From Candidatus Zixiibacteriota bacterium (GTDB lineage: Bacteria; Zixibacteria; MSB-5A5; UBA10806; 4484-95): 64,000 nucleotides of DNA. This document shows positions 37,513-46,699 of this stretch, in pieces. A program made the position numbers and the translations under genes. The notes beneath the pieces are model-generated. The model was not told the DNA's origin, searched no databases, and saw nothing but the letters and a program-made list of their open reading frames with translations. Each line of letters starts with the position of its first letter. Position 1 is the stretch's first letter. Location: NCBI GenBank assembly GCA_029932605.1, contig JAOZPT010000001.1, positions 5,837-69,836 on the forward strand, given 5' to 3'.

Positions 37513-38190
37513 GAGATAATAGCCAATAGCACAAGGCTCGTGGCCTACGGCTCTACTAATAGCTATTACAAAATATGGCATGTATTTTTTATTCTTTTAA
37601 CTTTTCCTCAAATTCCGTAAAATAATTGTTTATAACCCTTAAATTAAATTTCGAAGGTACGGTAGGACAGACTTTTAGTCTGTCCGGTCAGACAGGAATG
37701 TCTGACCTACCAGCAATCTTGAATTTGGAGTTGTTGAGGTTTTCGTTTCACTCAGACACCGACCTACGATTACCCTCAACGATTCTGGACAGCATTTTTT
37801 GCTGACCCTACATGAATCTACACTTTTATATGATAATAGCCAATAGCACAAGGCTCGTGGCCTACGGCTCTACTAATAGCTATTACAAAATATGGCATGT
37901 ATTTTTTATTCTTTTAACTTTTCCTCAAATTCCGTAAAATAATTGTTTATAACCCTTAAATTAAATTTCGAAGGTACGGTAGGACAGACTTTTAGTCTGT
38001 CCGGTCAGACAGGAATGTCTGACCTACCAGCAATCTTGAATTTGGAGTTGTTGAGGTTTTCGTTTCACTCAGACACCGACCTACGATTACCCTCAACGAT
38101 TCTGGACAGCATTTTTTGCTGACCCTACATAAATCTACACTTTTATATGATAATAGTCAAGAGCACAAGGCTCGTGGCCTACTTATTGTT
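37504..38190. repeat. tandem direct repeat, 317-bp unit x about 2.1 copies, highly structured
   Basis: Unit starts are at 37515, 37832 and 38149. Copies 1 and 2 are near-identical (single-base differences, e.g. catgaat vs cataaat). The third copy is truncated at the stop of the convergent downstream gene. Each unit carries nested palindromes (GGTAGG[ACAGAC-TTTTA-GTCTGT]CC[GGTCAGACA-GGAA-TGTCTGACC]TACC, GTTGAGG ... CCTCAAC, AATAGCTATT). No ORF of 60 aa or more. Confidence 0.85.
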
Positions 38191-38605
38191 CCACTTTTAC
38201 TGGTTTATAAATTGCGCCGACGATCAGCCCAAGAATGATCATTTCTATCATTCCGAATAATATCCATAGCCAGAGCAATGCTCCAGGAATAGGAAATATT
38301 GGCCAGCACATAAAGGAGCCAACCACTATATAGAACAGGCCTATATAGATACCATAGCGGAATCCTTCAATGACCCCTTTGCCTTTAACACCGTAAGTAT
38401 ATATCCATACGAATAACAAGGTGAAAAAGAAGGCGCCGATATAATAAGCCCACATTTTCGAGTTCATATCCGCTTCGCTGCGAAGTAGCGTGCCGGTGAG
38501 GGGTTTGTAAATTTCGCCAAGTATCAACACATGTATGATTAAATCCATCACGAACAAAGCTACAAAGCCTACGATTACGGCATTGATGAATCTTTTCCAA
38601 TTCAT
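38183..38605 (-). CDS. hypothetical 4-TM membrane protein (DUF1761-like)
   Basis: 140 aa with four hydrophobic helices. Its stop codon lies inside the third (partial) repeat copy. Confidence 0.4.
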   Translation of the reverse strand: MNWKRFINAVIVGFVALFVMDLIIHVLILGEIYKPLTGTLLRSEADMNSKMWAYYIGAFFFTLLFVWIYTYGVKGKGVIEGFRYGIYIGLFYIVVGSFMCWPIFPIPGALLWLWILFGMIEMIILGLIVGAIYKPVKVEQ

Positions 38606-38738
38606 TTTTCTCTCCTAAATGTTTGATTTTTTCTGTCTGATTGTGGGAGTTTTTGCAGGGATTTTCAAGCGAAATTTTCGATATTTTCAGAGGATATTAT
38701 ACCGCCATGAATTAATATGCGGATTTAGATTTGTTCGT

Positions 38739-40340
38739 TTATAAAAGGTATTTCCTTGGGTCAGCAATAGCGCCCTCAAGGGCAGAGGCAGCCGCGGTAG
38801 CTGGAGAAGATAGATAAACTTCCGGATTCTTTGAGTTGGTTTGCCGGATTAAATCACAGCTGTTGGTAGTAAGGATTCTTTCATCTGCAGCAAGCATATC
38901 CTTGTGAGCTCCCGCACATGAGCCGCAACCCGGACTTAACATGACACACCCCGACCCAACTAAAGAACGGATATAACCTTTATCGATTGCGGCAAGATAT
39001 GTTTTGCGGGAAGCGGGTACGATTATCATCCGGGTGTCGCGGTGGATACGTCTTCCCCGGAGTATGGAGACAACCATTTCCAGGTCATCTAAACGACCAC
39101 TTGAACATCCGCATAATACAATCTGGTCTATTTTCTTACCCGCTACATCTTCCACCGGTTTAACACAATGCTTTTTATTCAGACATGCGACCTGAGGTGT
39201 GAGATATGAGACATCTATTTCGATTTCGTTTTCGTATTTGGCATTGATGTCAGGAGCAATTGGAGAGAATCTTTCTTTGGTAATTTTTTTTAAGTATCTT
39301 TGAGATACATCATCAAAGGGAATTATGGCTGATTTTGCCCCGATTTCCAAGGAGGAACTGGTTAAAATAAGTCTTTGTGGCACCGTCATTGTGGAGACCG
39401 CATCACCATAGAATTCCAGCGCCTTATAATTTATATCCTCAAAATGAAGGTCTCGGGATAATTTAAGGATGATATCTTTTGCGAATACACCCCGGGTGGG
39501 TAAACCGTTTATAACCACCTTGATAGTTTTGGGTACTTTCAGCCAGATTCTGCCCGAGGCCCATACTACCGCCATATCCAGTGGGCTTATACAGGTTGAG
39601 AAAGCACCAATACTTCCGTGGGATGTGGCTTGGTTATCGGTTGCCACAATCAGGCGGCTGGGAAGTATTAATCCCTCTTCGAGGGTAATCTGGTATGGTA
39701 TTCCCCAACCGATATCGTAAAATTTTTCTATTCTTTGTTTTTTAACAAATTTGCGGATTCTTTTGTGGACATCGGCAATCTTCCCAAATTCATTTTGTGT
39801 CCAGTCATTCAAAATTATAGTGATTTTTGAATTGTCCCACACTTTGGGAAAGCCTGTCAGTTTAAACTGTTTTATAATTTGTTCGGTATCGTCAACTGAT
39901 ACAGCTAGGTCGGGTCGGACGCTTATGACCTGACCCTCTTCTACTGATTTCAGCCCGGACTTTTTTGCCAGTAATTTTTTGATAAATGTTTCTCTTCGGG
40001 AATCTCTGCTTTTCCTGTAGGTTCCTCTTAAGTCCAGTTCAAGTTGTTCCATTTTCAGTTGAACCGGTTTTTTCTTGATGCCGTATTTGATGCGCCATTG
40101 GCGGAAGCCGGGACCGGATATCCCCAGCTCTGCTCCGGCTAATCTATCATCACCATAGCGTTCCCAGAGTTCTATTATTTTCTCATGTGAATATTTTGAG
40201 AAGCTGTATTGTCCGATATTTTTCTTCGAGCGCCAGTATGCGACCAAACGGCTGGGCACTCCATAGACCTCTGCAATTTTCTTGTCGGTTCGGTATTTCT
40301 TTTGAAGCTCTAAGAGCTCTTTTTTCTTGGGTATTTTCAC
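38739..40340 (-). CDS. aconitase-family dehydratase large subunit (LeuC/HacA type II-like) with about 110-aa N-terminal extension
   Basis: 533 aa. The core from about residue 115 (ETFIKKLLAKKSG ... VISVRPDLAVSVDD ... ATDNQATSHGSIGAF ... CGCSSG ... GCGSCAG ... VYLSSPATAAASALEGAIADPR) follows archaeal-type 3-isopropylmalate/homoaconitate dehydratase large subunits. The N-terminal part (KKIAEVYGVPSRLVAYWRSKK ... GFRQWRIKYGIKKK) is basic and HTH-like. Confidence 0.65.
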   Translation of the reverse strand: MKIPKKKELLELQKKYRTDKKIAEVYGVPSRLVAYWRSKKNIGQYSFSKYSHEKIIELWERYGDDRLAGAELGISGPGFRQWRIKYGIKKKPVQLKMEQLELDLRGTYRKSRDSRRETFIKKLLAKKSGLKSVEEGQVISVRPDLAVSVDDTEQIIKQFKLTGFPKVWDNSKITIILNDWTQNEFGKIADVHKRIRKFVKKQRIEKFYDIGWGIPYQITLEEGLILPSRLIVATDNQATSHGSIGAFSTCISPLDMAVVWASGRIWLKVPKTIKVVINGLPTRGVFAKDIILKLSRDLHFEDINYKALEFYGDAVSTMTVPQRLILTSSSLEIGAKSAIIPFDDVSQRYLKKITKERFSPIAPDINAKYENEIEIDVSYLTPQVACLNKKHCVKPVEDVAGKKIDQIVLCGCSSGRLDDLEMVVSILRGRRIHRDTRMIIVPASRKTYLAAIDKGYIRSLVGSGCVMLSPGCGSCAGAHKDMLAADERILTTNSCDLIRQTNSKNPEVYLSSPATAAASALEGAIADPRKYLL

Positions 40341-40358
40341 TTTTTTTGGTGTTTATCT

Positions 40359-40844
40359 TTACTGGAGTTTTTTTAGATGTTTTTTTAAAGAGTCGTATAT
40401 ATCCAGTAAAGCAAGCGATTGGACTTTTGTTAACCCCACAACTGGCATAAAATTGGTGTCTCCCTGGAAACGTGGTACAACATGTATATGCAGATGGTCA
40501 GTGATGCTTGAACCGGCCACCTCGCCGATATTGATACCGATATTTAAGCCGTCAGCCGGCATGGCGATATTGAGAAGTTTTGAGCTGAGAATCATGAGTC
40601 TAAACATCTCTGTATATTCAGCTTTAGTCAATTTATCAAGGTTGGATTTATGTTTATTGGGAGCTATCATTAAATGCCCACTGTTATAAGGGTAGCGGTT
40701 TAAAATGATAAAAGCATTTTTACCCCTGTATAAGATCAGATTTTGCCGGTCTCTTTTTTGTTTTAACCGACTGCAAAATATACATTCTTTTTCTTTTGAG
40801 CCAATAATATATTCAGCACGCCAGGGTGCCCAGAGCTCTTCCAT
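40359..40844 (-). CDS. HIT-family (histidine triad) protein
   Basis: Probable start MEELWAPWRAEYI (the ORF track extends to 40922). The histidine triad HLHIHVVPR is present. Confidence 0.75.
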   Translation of the reverse strand: MEELWAPWRAEYIIGSKEKECIFCSRLKQKRDRQNLILYRGKNAFIILNRYPYNSGHLMIAPNKHKSNLDKLTKAEYTEMFRLMILSSKLLNIAMPADGLNIGINIGEVAGSSITDHLHIHVVPRFQGDTNFMPVVGLTKVQSLALLDIYDSLKKHLKKLQ

Positions 40845-41048
40845 GTTATACAAGTTAAATAGAATGATTTTAAAATCAAGAATTTTTTGAGAATTATTAT
40901 TTCTTGTGAGAAGAATTGACAAAAAGTTGACATCCGATTTATTATAATAATATATTAATGTCAGATGACTACTCCCCGATAGAATACAGAAGAACTTGAC
41001 ATGGTAAAAGACAATGGTTATTTTGTTTTTTTATTGAAGGATTAAATT

Positions 41049-43724
41049 ATGACTGAGATTGCGAAAGCTTATAACCCCAAACTTGTAGAGGATGCCATTT
41101 ATCAAAGATGGCTTAAAATGGGCATATTTCATGCCCGCCTTGATTCTGATAAGAAACCTTATTCAATTGTCATCCCCCCACCCAATGTAACCGATGTTTT
41201 ACATTTGGGACATGCCTTAAACAATACTCTTCAGGATATAATGATACGCTGGAAGAGGATGCAGGGTTACGAGGTAGAGTGGCTTCCAGGTGTTGACCAT
41301 GCCGGTATCGCCACCCAGGTTGTAGTGGAAAAAACCCTTGTGCGCGAGGGGCGTTCACGGCATGATATTGGCCGTGAGAAGTTTGTTCGGAGAATCTGGA
41401 AATGGAAAGAGGAAAAGTTTAACATCATCATAAGACAGCTCCAGAAAATAGGTTGTAGTTGTGATTGGGACCGTATTCGTTTTACTATGGATAAGCAACT
41501 TTCACGAGCCGTTATCGAGGTGTTTTGCAGGCTTTATGAAAAAGGCTTGATATATCGCGGCGAGAGGATAGTTAATTGGTGTCCCGAATGCCTAACCACT
41601 CTTTCTGACGATGAGGTTGAAAGGGAGGAGGTTGATTCGTTCCTCTGGTACATTAGATATAAACTCAAAGGTTCAGATGAGTTTTTAACTGTTGCTACCA
41701 CACGTCCGGAAACAATGCTTGGCGATACCGCAATTGCGGTTAACCCTGATGATGGGCGTTTTAAAAGATATATCGGAAAATCAGCAATATTGCCATTTCT
41801 CGACCGTGAATTGCCAATAATAGCTGATGATTACGTTGATCCGGAGTTTGGCACAGGCGTACTGAAGATTACACCTGCTCATGATGCTAATGATTTTGAG
41901 GTTGGTATACGCCATAACCTGGATAGAATTAATATCTTAAATAAAAATGGCACACTCAATGAAAATGCTGGGAAATTCGCAGGGCTGGACAGGTATGAAG
42001 CCCGTAAGAAGATAGTTGAGGAGCTTAAACAGAAAGGTCATCTGGAAAAGATTGAGAACTATTCTTTGATATCTGGTTCTTGTTATCGTTGTCATTCAGT
42101 TGTTGAACCCTATCTTTCCAAGCAATGGTTTGTGAAGATGAAGCCATTGGTTAAGCCGGCCATAGAATCGGTCAAGTCGGGAAGGATCAAATTTCATCCG
42201 GAGCATTGGGTTAAAACGTATCTTCATTGGATGGAGAACGTACGTGATTGGTGCATCTCGCGCCAACTCTGGTGGGGACATCGTATTCCGGTGTATTATT
42301 GTAATGACTGCAACGAGATTATAGTTGAGCGAGAAAAACCGAGGGAATGTTCAAGATGTAAGAGTAAAAATATCGTCCAAGATGAGGATGTATTGGACAC
42401 TTGGTTTTCCTCATGGTTATGGCCATTTTCAACTTTTGGCTGGCCGGAGAAGACAGCTGAACTGGATAAGTTTTTCCCGACAAATGCCTTATTTACTGCA
42501 AATGAAATTATATATTTATGGGTTGCCCGGATGGTGATGGCCTCACTTGAGTTTATGGGTAAGGAACCGTTCTATGATGTATATATTCATGGCACCGTGC
42601 GAGATGCTGATGGTATCAAGATGTCCAAATCACTTGGTAATGGAATTGATCCATTGGAAATTATCGATAAATTTGGAGCTGATGCTTTGAGGGCTTCGTT
42701 GATTCTGACCACTCCTGAGGGGCAGGACCCATCCATATCAGAAAGAACTTTCGAGATAGGACGTAATTTCGCTAACAAGCTCTGGAGTGCCTCAAGGTTT
42801 GTAAGGCTTAATATTGGCGATTTTAAGCTTACTAAAGATATTAATGTTAATGCTAATTATCTGGAGATGTCTGATAGATGGATACTCTCACGTTTAGCTA
42901 AAACTATTGGCCAGATAAATAATTATCTTTCGGGATTTCGTTTTTGCACTGCTGCCAAAGCTGTTTATGATTTTACCTGGAACGACTATTGCAGTAATTA
43001 CTTAGAGATGATTAAGCCACGGTTGGCTGCCGAGAGCAATGATAAAAATCCTCAATTGCAAAGATCGAAAATGGCGGCGCGTCTGTGCTCAGGTTTTACC
43101 CTTCTGCAGATATTGAAAATCCTTCACCCCTTTATGCCGTTTGTCACATGTGAGATCTGGATGTTGTTATTAGGTGATGATAAGGCCGGAACGATCTCAA
43201 TCGAGAACTGGCCTGAACCGCAGTTGAAATTCATTGATGATAACCTTGAAAAAGAGATGGAGAAAGTGATAAGGCTGGCCGAAGCTGTGAGAACGGCCTG
43301 TGCCGAGCTTAACGTTCCCCCCTCGAAAAAACCGCATATATTGATTAAGTGTGAGGATGGTAAACTGGCTGATATATTTAATGCTCACCGACAGGAGATA
43401 AAAAATCTGGCTCGTTCGGGTGATGTAAGGGCAAATATCGACATTGCCAAACCACCGCTGTCTGCTTCAGCTGTTATACCCGGGGCAGAGGTATATATAC
43501 CACTTGAGGGACTTATCGATATCGAACAGGAAAAGGTTCGCCTTGAAAAACAAATTGAGGAGAAACGGATTTATTACGAGAAGCTCACCAAGAAGCTAAA
43601 CAATAAGGATTTTACAGAACGTGCTCCATCTGAGGTAGTTGAGGCGGAGAAGGCTAAATTATTAAAAACTGAGAAGCTGATCGAGAAACTCAATAAAAAC
43701 CTCGAATCGCTGGCAGGGTGGTAA
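41049..43724 (+). CDS. valS: valine--tRNA ligase
   Basis: 891 aa. Class I HIGH (HLGHAL) and KMSKS motifs, an editing domain and a C-terminal coiled coil. Confidence 0.95.
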   Translation: MTEIAKAYNPKLVEDAIYQRWLKMGIFHARLDSDKKPYSIVIPPPNVTDVLHLGHALNNTLQDIMIRWKRMQGYEVEWLPGVDHAGIATQVVVEKTLVREGRSRHDIGREKFVRRIWKWKEEKFNIIIRQLQKIGCSCDWDRIRFTMDKQLSRAVIEVFCRLYEKGLIYRGERIVNWCPECLTTLSDDEVEREEVDSFLWYIRYKLKGSDEFLTVATTRPETMLGDTAIAVNPDDGRFKRYIGKSAILPFLDRELPIIADDYVDPEFGTGVLKITPAHDANDFEVGIRHNLDRINILNKNGTLNENAGKFAGLDRYEARKKIVEELKQKGHLEKIENYSLISGSCYRCHSVVEPYLSKQWFVKMKPLVKPAIESVKSGRIKFHPEHWVKTYLHWMENVRDWCISRQLWWGHRIPVYYCNDCNEIIVEREKPRECSRCKSKNIVQDEDVLDTWFSSWLWPFSTFGWPEKTAELDKFFPTNALFTANEIIYLWVARMVMASLEFMGKEPFYDVYIHGTVRDADGIKMSKSLGNGIDPLEIIDKFGADALRASLILTTPEGQDPSISERTFEIGRNFANKLWSASRFVRLNIGDFKLTKDINVNANYLEMSDRWILSRLAKTIGQINNYLSGFRFCTAAKAVYDFTWNDYCSNYLEMIKPRLAAESNDKNPQLQRSKMAARLCSGFTLLQILKILHPFMPFVTCEIWMLLLGDDKAGTISIENWPEPQLKFIDDNLEKEMEKVIRLAEAVRTACAELNVPPSKKPHILIKCEDGKLADIFNAHRQEIKNLARSGDVRANIDIAKPPLSASAVIPGAEVYIPLEGLIDIEQEKVRLEKQIEEKRIYYEKLTKKLNNKDFTERAPSEVVEAEKAKLLKTEKLIEKLNKNLESLAGW

Positions 43725-43887
43725 AAGTTTTGCTGTTTTAGCCATTACTTTAAGAACACAACTGAAATATCGCATAAATTATTTCCCTTGCATTTGAAAT
43801 TCGTTTAAAATAAAATTTCTTAAAGAATATTATTTGACTCCTAAGCGTATCATCTATAAATTGAAAGATTTAAAAGAGGAGGAAAAG

Positions 43888-45270
43888 ATGAGAAAGTGGC
43901 TGGTTATTTTAATAGCGGTTGTTTTTATCGCCACCGTTAACGCAGGTGGTTCCAAAGAGGTGTCCATTACCATTTATAACAATGACCTAGGGCTTGTTAA
44001 AGATGTCCGAAGTCTCGAGTTTAAAAGGGGAATCAATAATATCGATTTCGATGAGGTAGCCTCGCGTATTGACCCAACCAGTGTTAATTTTCGCTGTATT
44101 GATGATAAGAATGTAGCGGTGCTCGAGCAAAACTTTTTATATGATTTGGTTTCAACCGATGCTTTATTGAAGCGTTACCTTGGCAAAAATATCGAGGTTA
44201 TTGCTGAGGATGACAGACGCTATCGGGGAGAGCTTCTCTCTTTTGATGGTAAAAATGTAATACTGGGTAGTGATGATGGCGAGGTAATGATGGTGTCGTT
44301 GGCTAAAATCGCCGATTACACATTCCCCTCACTTCCTGAGGGGCTAATGTTGAAACCCACACTGTGCTGGTTAGCCGACTCGCCATCTGGGGGAGCGAAA
44401 CGATGTGAGGTAAGTTACCTTACAAACGGAATCAACTGGCATGCCGACTACGTGGCGGTGGCTTCAGCCGATGATAGACAGCTTGACCTGTCAGGTTGGG
44501 TGACTATCAACAACAAAAGCGGAGCCACTTATGAAGATGCGACATTGAAACTGGTCGCCGGGGATGTCCATCGGGTTGAAGAGCGCCGTCGCCCCAGGAT
44601 GGATCTGGCGGAGGCTAAGTTTAAAGGTGGGGCCGGCAGGCCACAGTTTGAAGAGGAAGAATTTTTCGAATACCATCTGTATTCACTCTCCAGACCGGCA
44701 ACGATTAATGACAAAGAGATAAAACAGCTTTCACTATTTCCATCCACTCGCACCAAGGTTAAGAAGGTGTATATATTTGATGCTGCCAGACAGGTGTATT
44801 TTCGCACTGATGGTGACAAGATTAAGATTAAAGTCAATCTTGAGTTTGAAAATTCTGAAGAGGCCGGACTGGGTATACCTTTACCAAAAGGCAAAATAAG
44901 GGTTTACAAGGCTGATTTAAAAGGAGCACTTCAGTTTATAGGCGAGGATTTGATAGACCATACTCCCAAGGATGAAAAGGTGCGGGTATATCTGGGTGAT
45001 GCTTTTGATATCACCGGTACTCGAAAGAAAACTAATATAGAAGACCTCGGCAAAGATAGGGTTCGTGAAAGTTATGAAATTGTCTTGAAAAATCATAAAA
45101 AAGAAGATATAGTGGTCACTGTGGTTGAGCATACTCGAGGCTGGAGGGAATGGGAGATAAAAAGGAGTAGTCTGGAATACAGGAAAATAGATAATTATAG
45201 AATCGAGTTTGACGTTGAAGTTGCTGCTGAAAGTGAGGCAACGCTAACCTATACAATTCAATATTATTAA
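43888..45270 (+). CDS. DUF4139/DUF4140-domain secreted protein (TIGR02231-like)
   Basis: Start MRKWLVILIA with AGAGGAGGAAAAG upstream (the ORF track starts at 43834). Signal peptide. The architecture resembles the conserved hypothetical family with N-terminal DUF4140 and C-terminal DUF4139. Confidence 0.55.
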   Translation: MRKWLVILIAVVFIATVNAGGSKEVSITIYNNDLGLVKDVRSLEFKRGINNIDFDEVASRIDPTSVNFRCIDDKNVAVLEQNFLYDLVSTDALLKRYLGKNIEVIAEDDRRYRGELLSFDGKNVILGSDDGEVMMVSLAKIADYTFPSLPEGLMLKPTLCWLADSPSGGAKRCEVSYLTNGINWHADYVAVASADDRQLDLSGWVTINNKSGATYEDATLKLVAGDVHRVEERRRPRMDLAEAKFKGGAGRPQFEEEEFFEYHLYSLSRPATINDKEIKQLSLFPSTRTKVKKVYIFDAARQVYFRTDGDKIKIKVNLEFENSEEAGLGIPLPKGKIRVYKADLKGALQFIGEDLIDHTPKDEKVRVYLGDAFDITGTRKKTNIEDLGKDRVRESYEIVLKNHKKEDIVVTVVEHTRGWREWEIKRSSLEYRKIDNYRIEFDVEVAAESEATLTYTIQYY

Positions 45271-45283
45271 TTTTGGAGGGATA

Positions 45284-46339
45284 ATGAATCAAGGATTGCA
45301 AGTAAAAAGGGCGTTTACGCTTGGAGCTTCGATGGTGATTTTGGCGCTGATACTTGGTGGTTGTGTCCCAAAAGAGATTAGAACATCAAGGATTGAACTA
45401 GGTACTGTGAAGAAGCCAAGAAATAACCCTGACCTTAACCGTGTAAAAAGGAATCTTGAAGAAGCGATGAAATTGTATCCGGATAATGCTGAGGTTTATC
45501 ATCTCTGGGGAAGAGTTTATGCTATGGAAGGCAAGTATAAAGACATGGACATTGCTTTTACCAAGTCGGAGGAGTTGGATCCTAAGTTTGAAAAGGATAA
45601 TGAATTTATAAGGCAGATAAACTGGGAAAAACTTTTTAACCAAGGGAAAGCCCTTGCACAAAACGACGAACTCGATTCAGCCCTGGTGAGTTTTGAAAAC
45701 AGTGCTATTTGCTGGCCCGAGAGGTATGAATCTTTGATAAATGCGTCGGTTTTAGCTCACCAGCTTGGACGTAACGAGGAAGCATACGAATTAAGTAAAA
45801 AAGCCTACGACATAGATTCCAATACGGTATTGGTCATGGAACAATATGCTTCAATGTGTATGGTTAATAATAAATATAATGAGGCAGAACCGGTTTACAA
45901 GCGAATTCTTGAAAAGGATCCCACCAATGCCGAGGTTATGTTCCAGCTTGGCAATATCTACCGAATTGAAAACGATACCACTAAGGCTATAGAATATTAT
46001 ACTCAGGCTCTTGATATCGATAAGAACAACTCCGATGGTTGGTTCAATCTCGGCCTTATATATTTCCATAAGAAAGATTTCTGCATGGCTGCTGAGTGTT
46101 TCGGCCGTGTTTGTTCGCTTATTCCTGAAGATACGGATGCCAGAGTGGACTATTTGCTGTCGCTTGTCCAGTGTGGTAAGTTGGATACTGCTCGGTCCGA
46201 ACTGGAGAAATTTACAATGGAACATCCTGATAACTGTGATGGTTGGGACCTTCTCTCACAGACATATCTCAAACTGAAGATGAAAAAGGAAGCTAACGAA
46301 GCTTATAAAAAGTTCGAGAGTTGCAAAAAAGAACATTAG
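45284..46339 (+). CDS. TPR-repeat lipoprotein
   Basis: 351 aa. Lipobox LILGGC, then multiple 34-residue TPR-like repeats (AEVYHLWGRVYAMEGKY, AEVMFQLGNIYRIEND, SDGWFNLGLIYFHKKD). Confidence 0.65.
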   Translation: MNQGLQVKRAFTLGASMVILALILGGCVPKEIRTSRIELGTVKKPRNNPDLNRVKRNLEEAMKLYPDNAEVYHLWGRVYAMEGKYKDMDIAFTKSEELDPKFEKDNEFIRQINWEKLFNQGKALAQNDELDSALVSFENSAICWPERYESLINASVLAHQLGRNEEAYELSKKAYDIDSNTVLVMEQYASMCMVNNKYNEAEPVYKRILEKDPTNAEVMFQLGNIYRIENDTTKAIEYYTQALDIDKNNSDGWFNLGLIYFHKKDFCMAAECFGRVCSLIPEDTDARVDYLLSLVQCGKLDTARSELEKFTMEHPDNCDGWDLLSQTYLKLKMKKEANEAYKKFESCKKEH

Positions 46340-46662
46340 GTTTTGATGTTATTAATATTTCTGAGGTTGGAACGCTAACTGAGGTTAGAGTAGAAAAGGC
46401 AAATAAATTATGTAAGGATACCGATAGCGCGAAAGCGACATGTATCCTGGTAGATGGTGAGGGTTAAGAAATTACATCTTAAAACATTACGTAACTTATT
46501 CTAGTAAGTGGGCCTTGGTGGTCTTGGAAAAAACTTATTTCGATTATATGACTTCAGATGTGAAATATGTTGATTTGAGAGACGTTGTATTTCAAATTGA
46601 AGGCATTAACTACAAATGAGTTAATTCTTGGCTATAAGGTACTTATATCTAAATAGACTTAA

Positions 46663-46690
46663 GTAGGGGCGTATTGCAATACGCCCCTAC
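46663..46690. promoter_or_regulatory. perfect 28-bp palindrome 9 nt upstream of the priA start
   Basis: GTAGGGGCGTATTG|CAATACGCCCCTAC. Candidate operator or hairpin. No clear U-tract follows. Confidence 0.4.
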
Positions 46691-46699
46691 AGATTTATT

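Noticed and set aside
37504-38190. Considered a CRISPR array or retron ncRNA for the tandem repeats
   Set aside because: A 317-bp period with near-identical full-length units is incompatible with a CRISPR repeat-spacer organisation. No cas genes or reverse transcriptase are adjacent. It is kept as an unexplained structured repeat instead.
40923-41048. Possible sigma70-type promoter (tandem TTGACA ... TAATAAT) between the HIT gene and valS
   Set aside because: The spacing is imperfect, and FCB-group organisms generally use a different promoter consensus. It cannot be supported from sequence alone.
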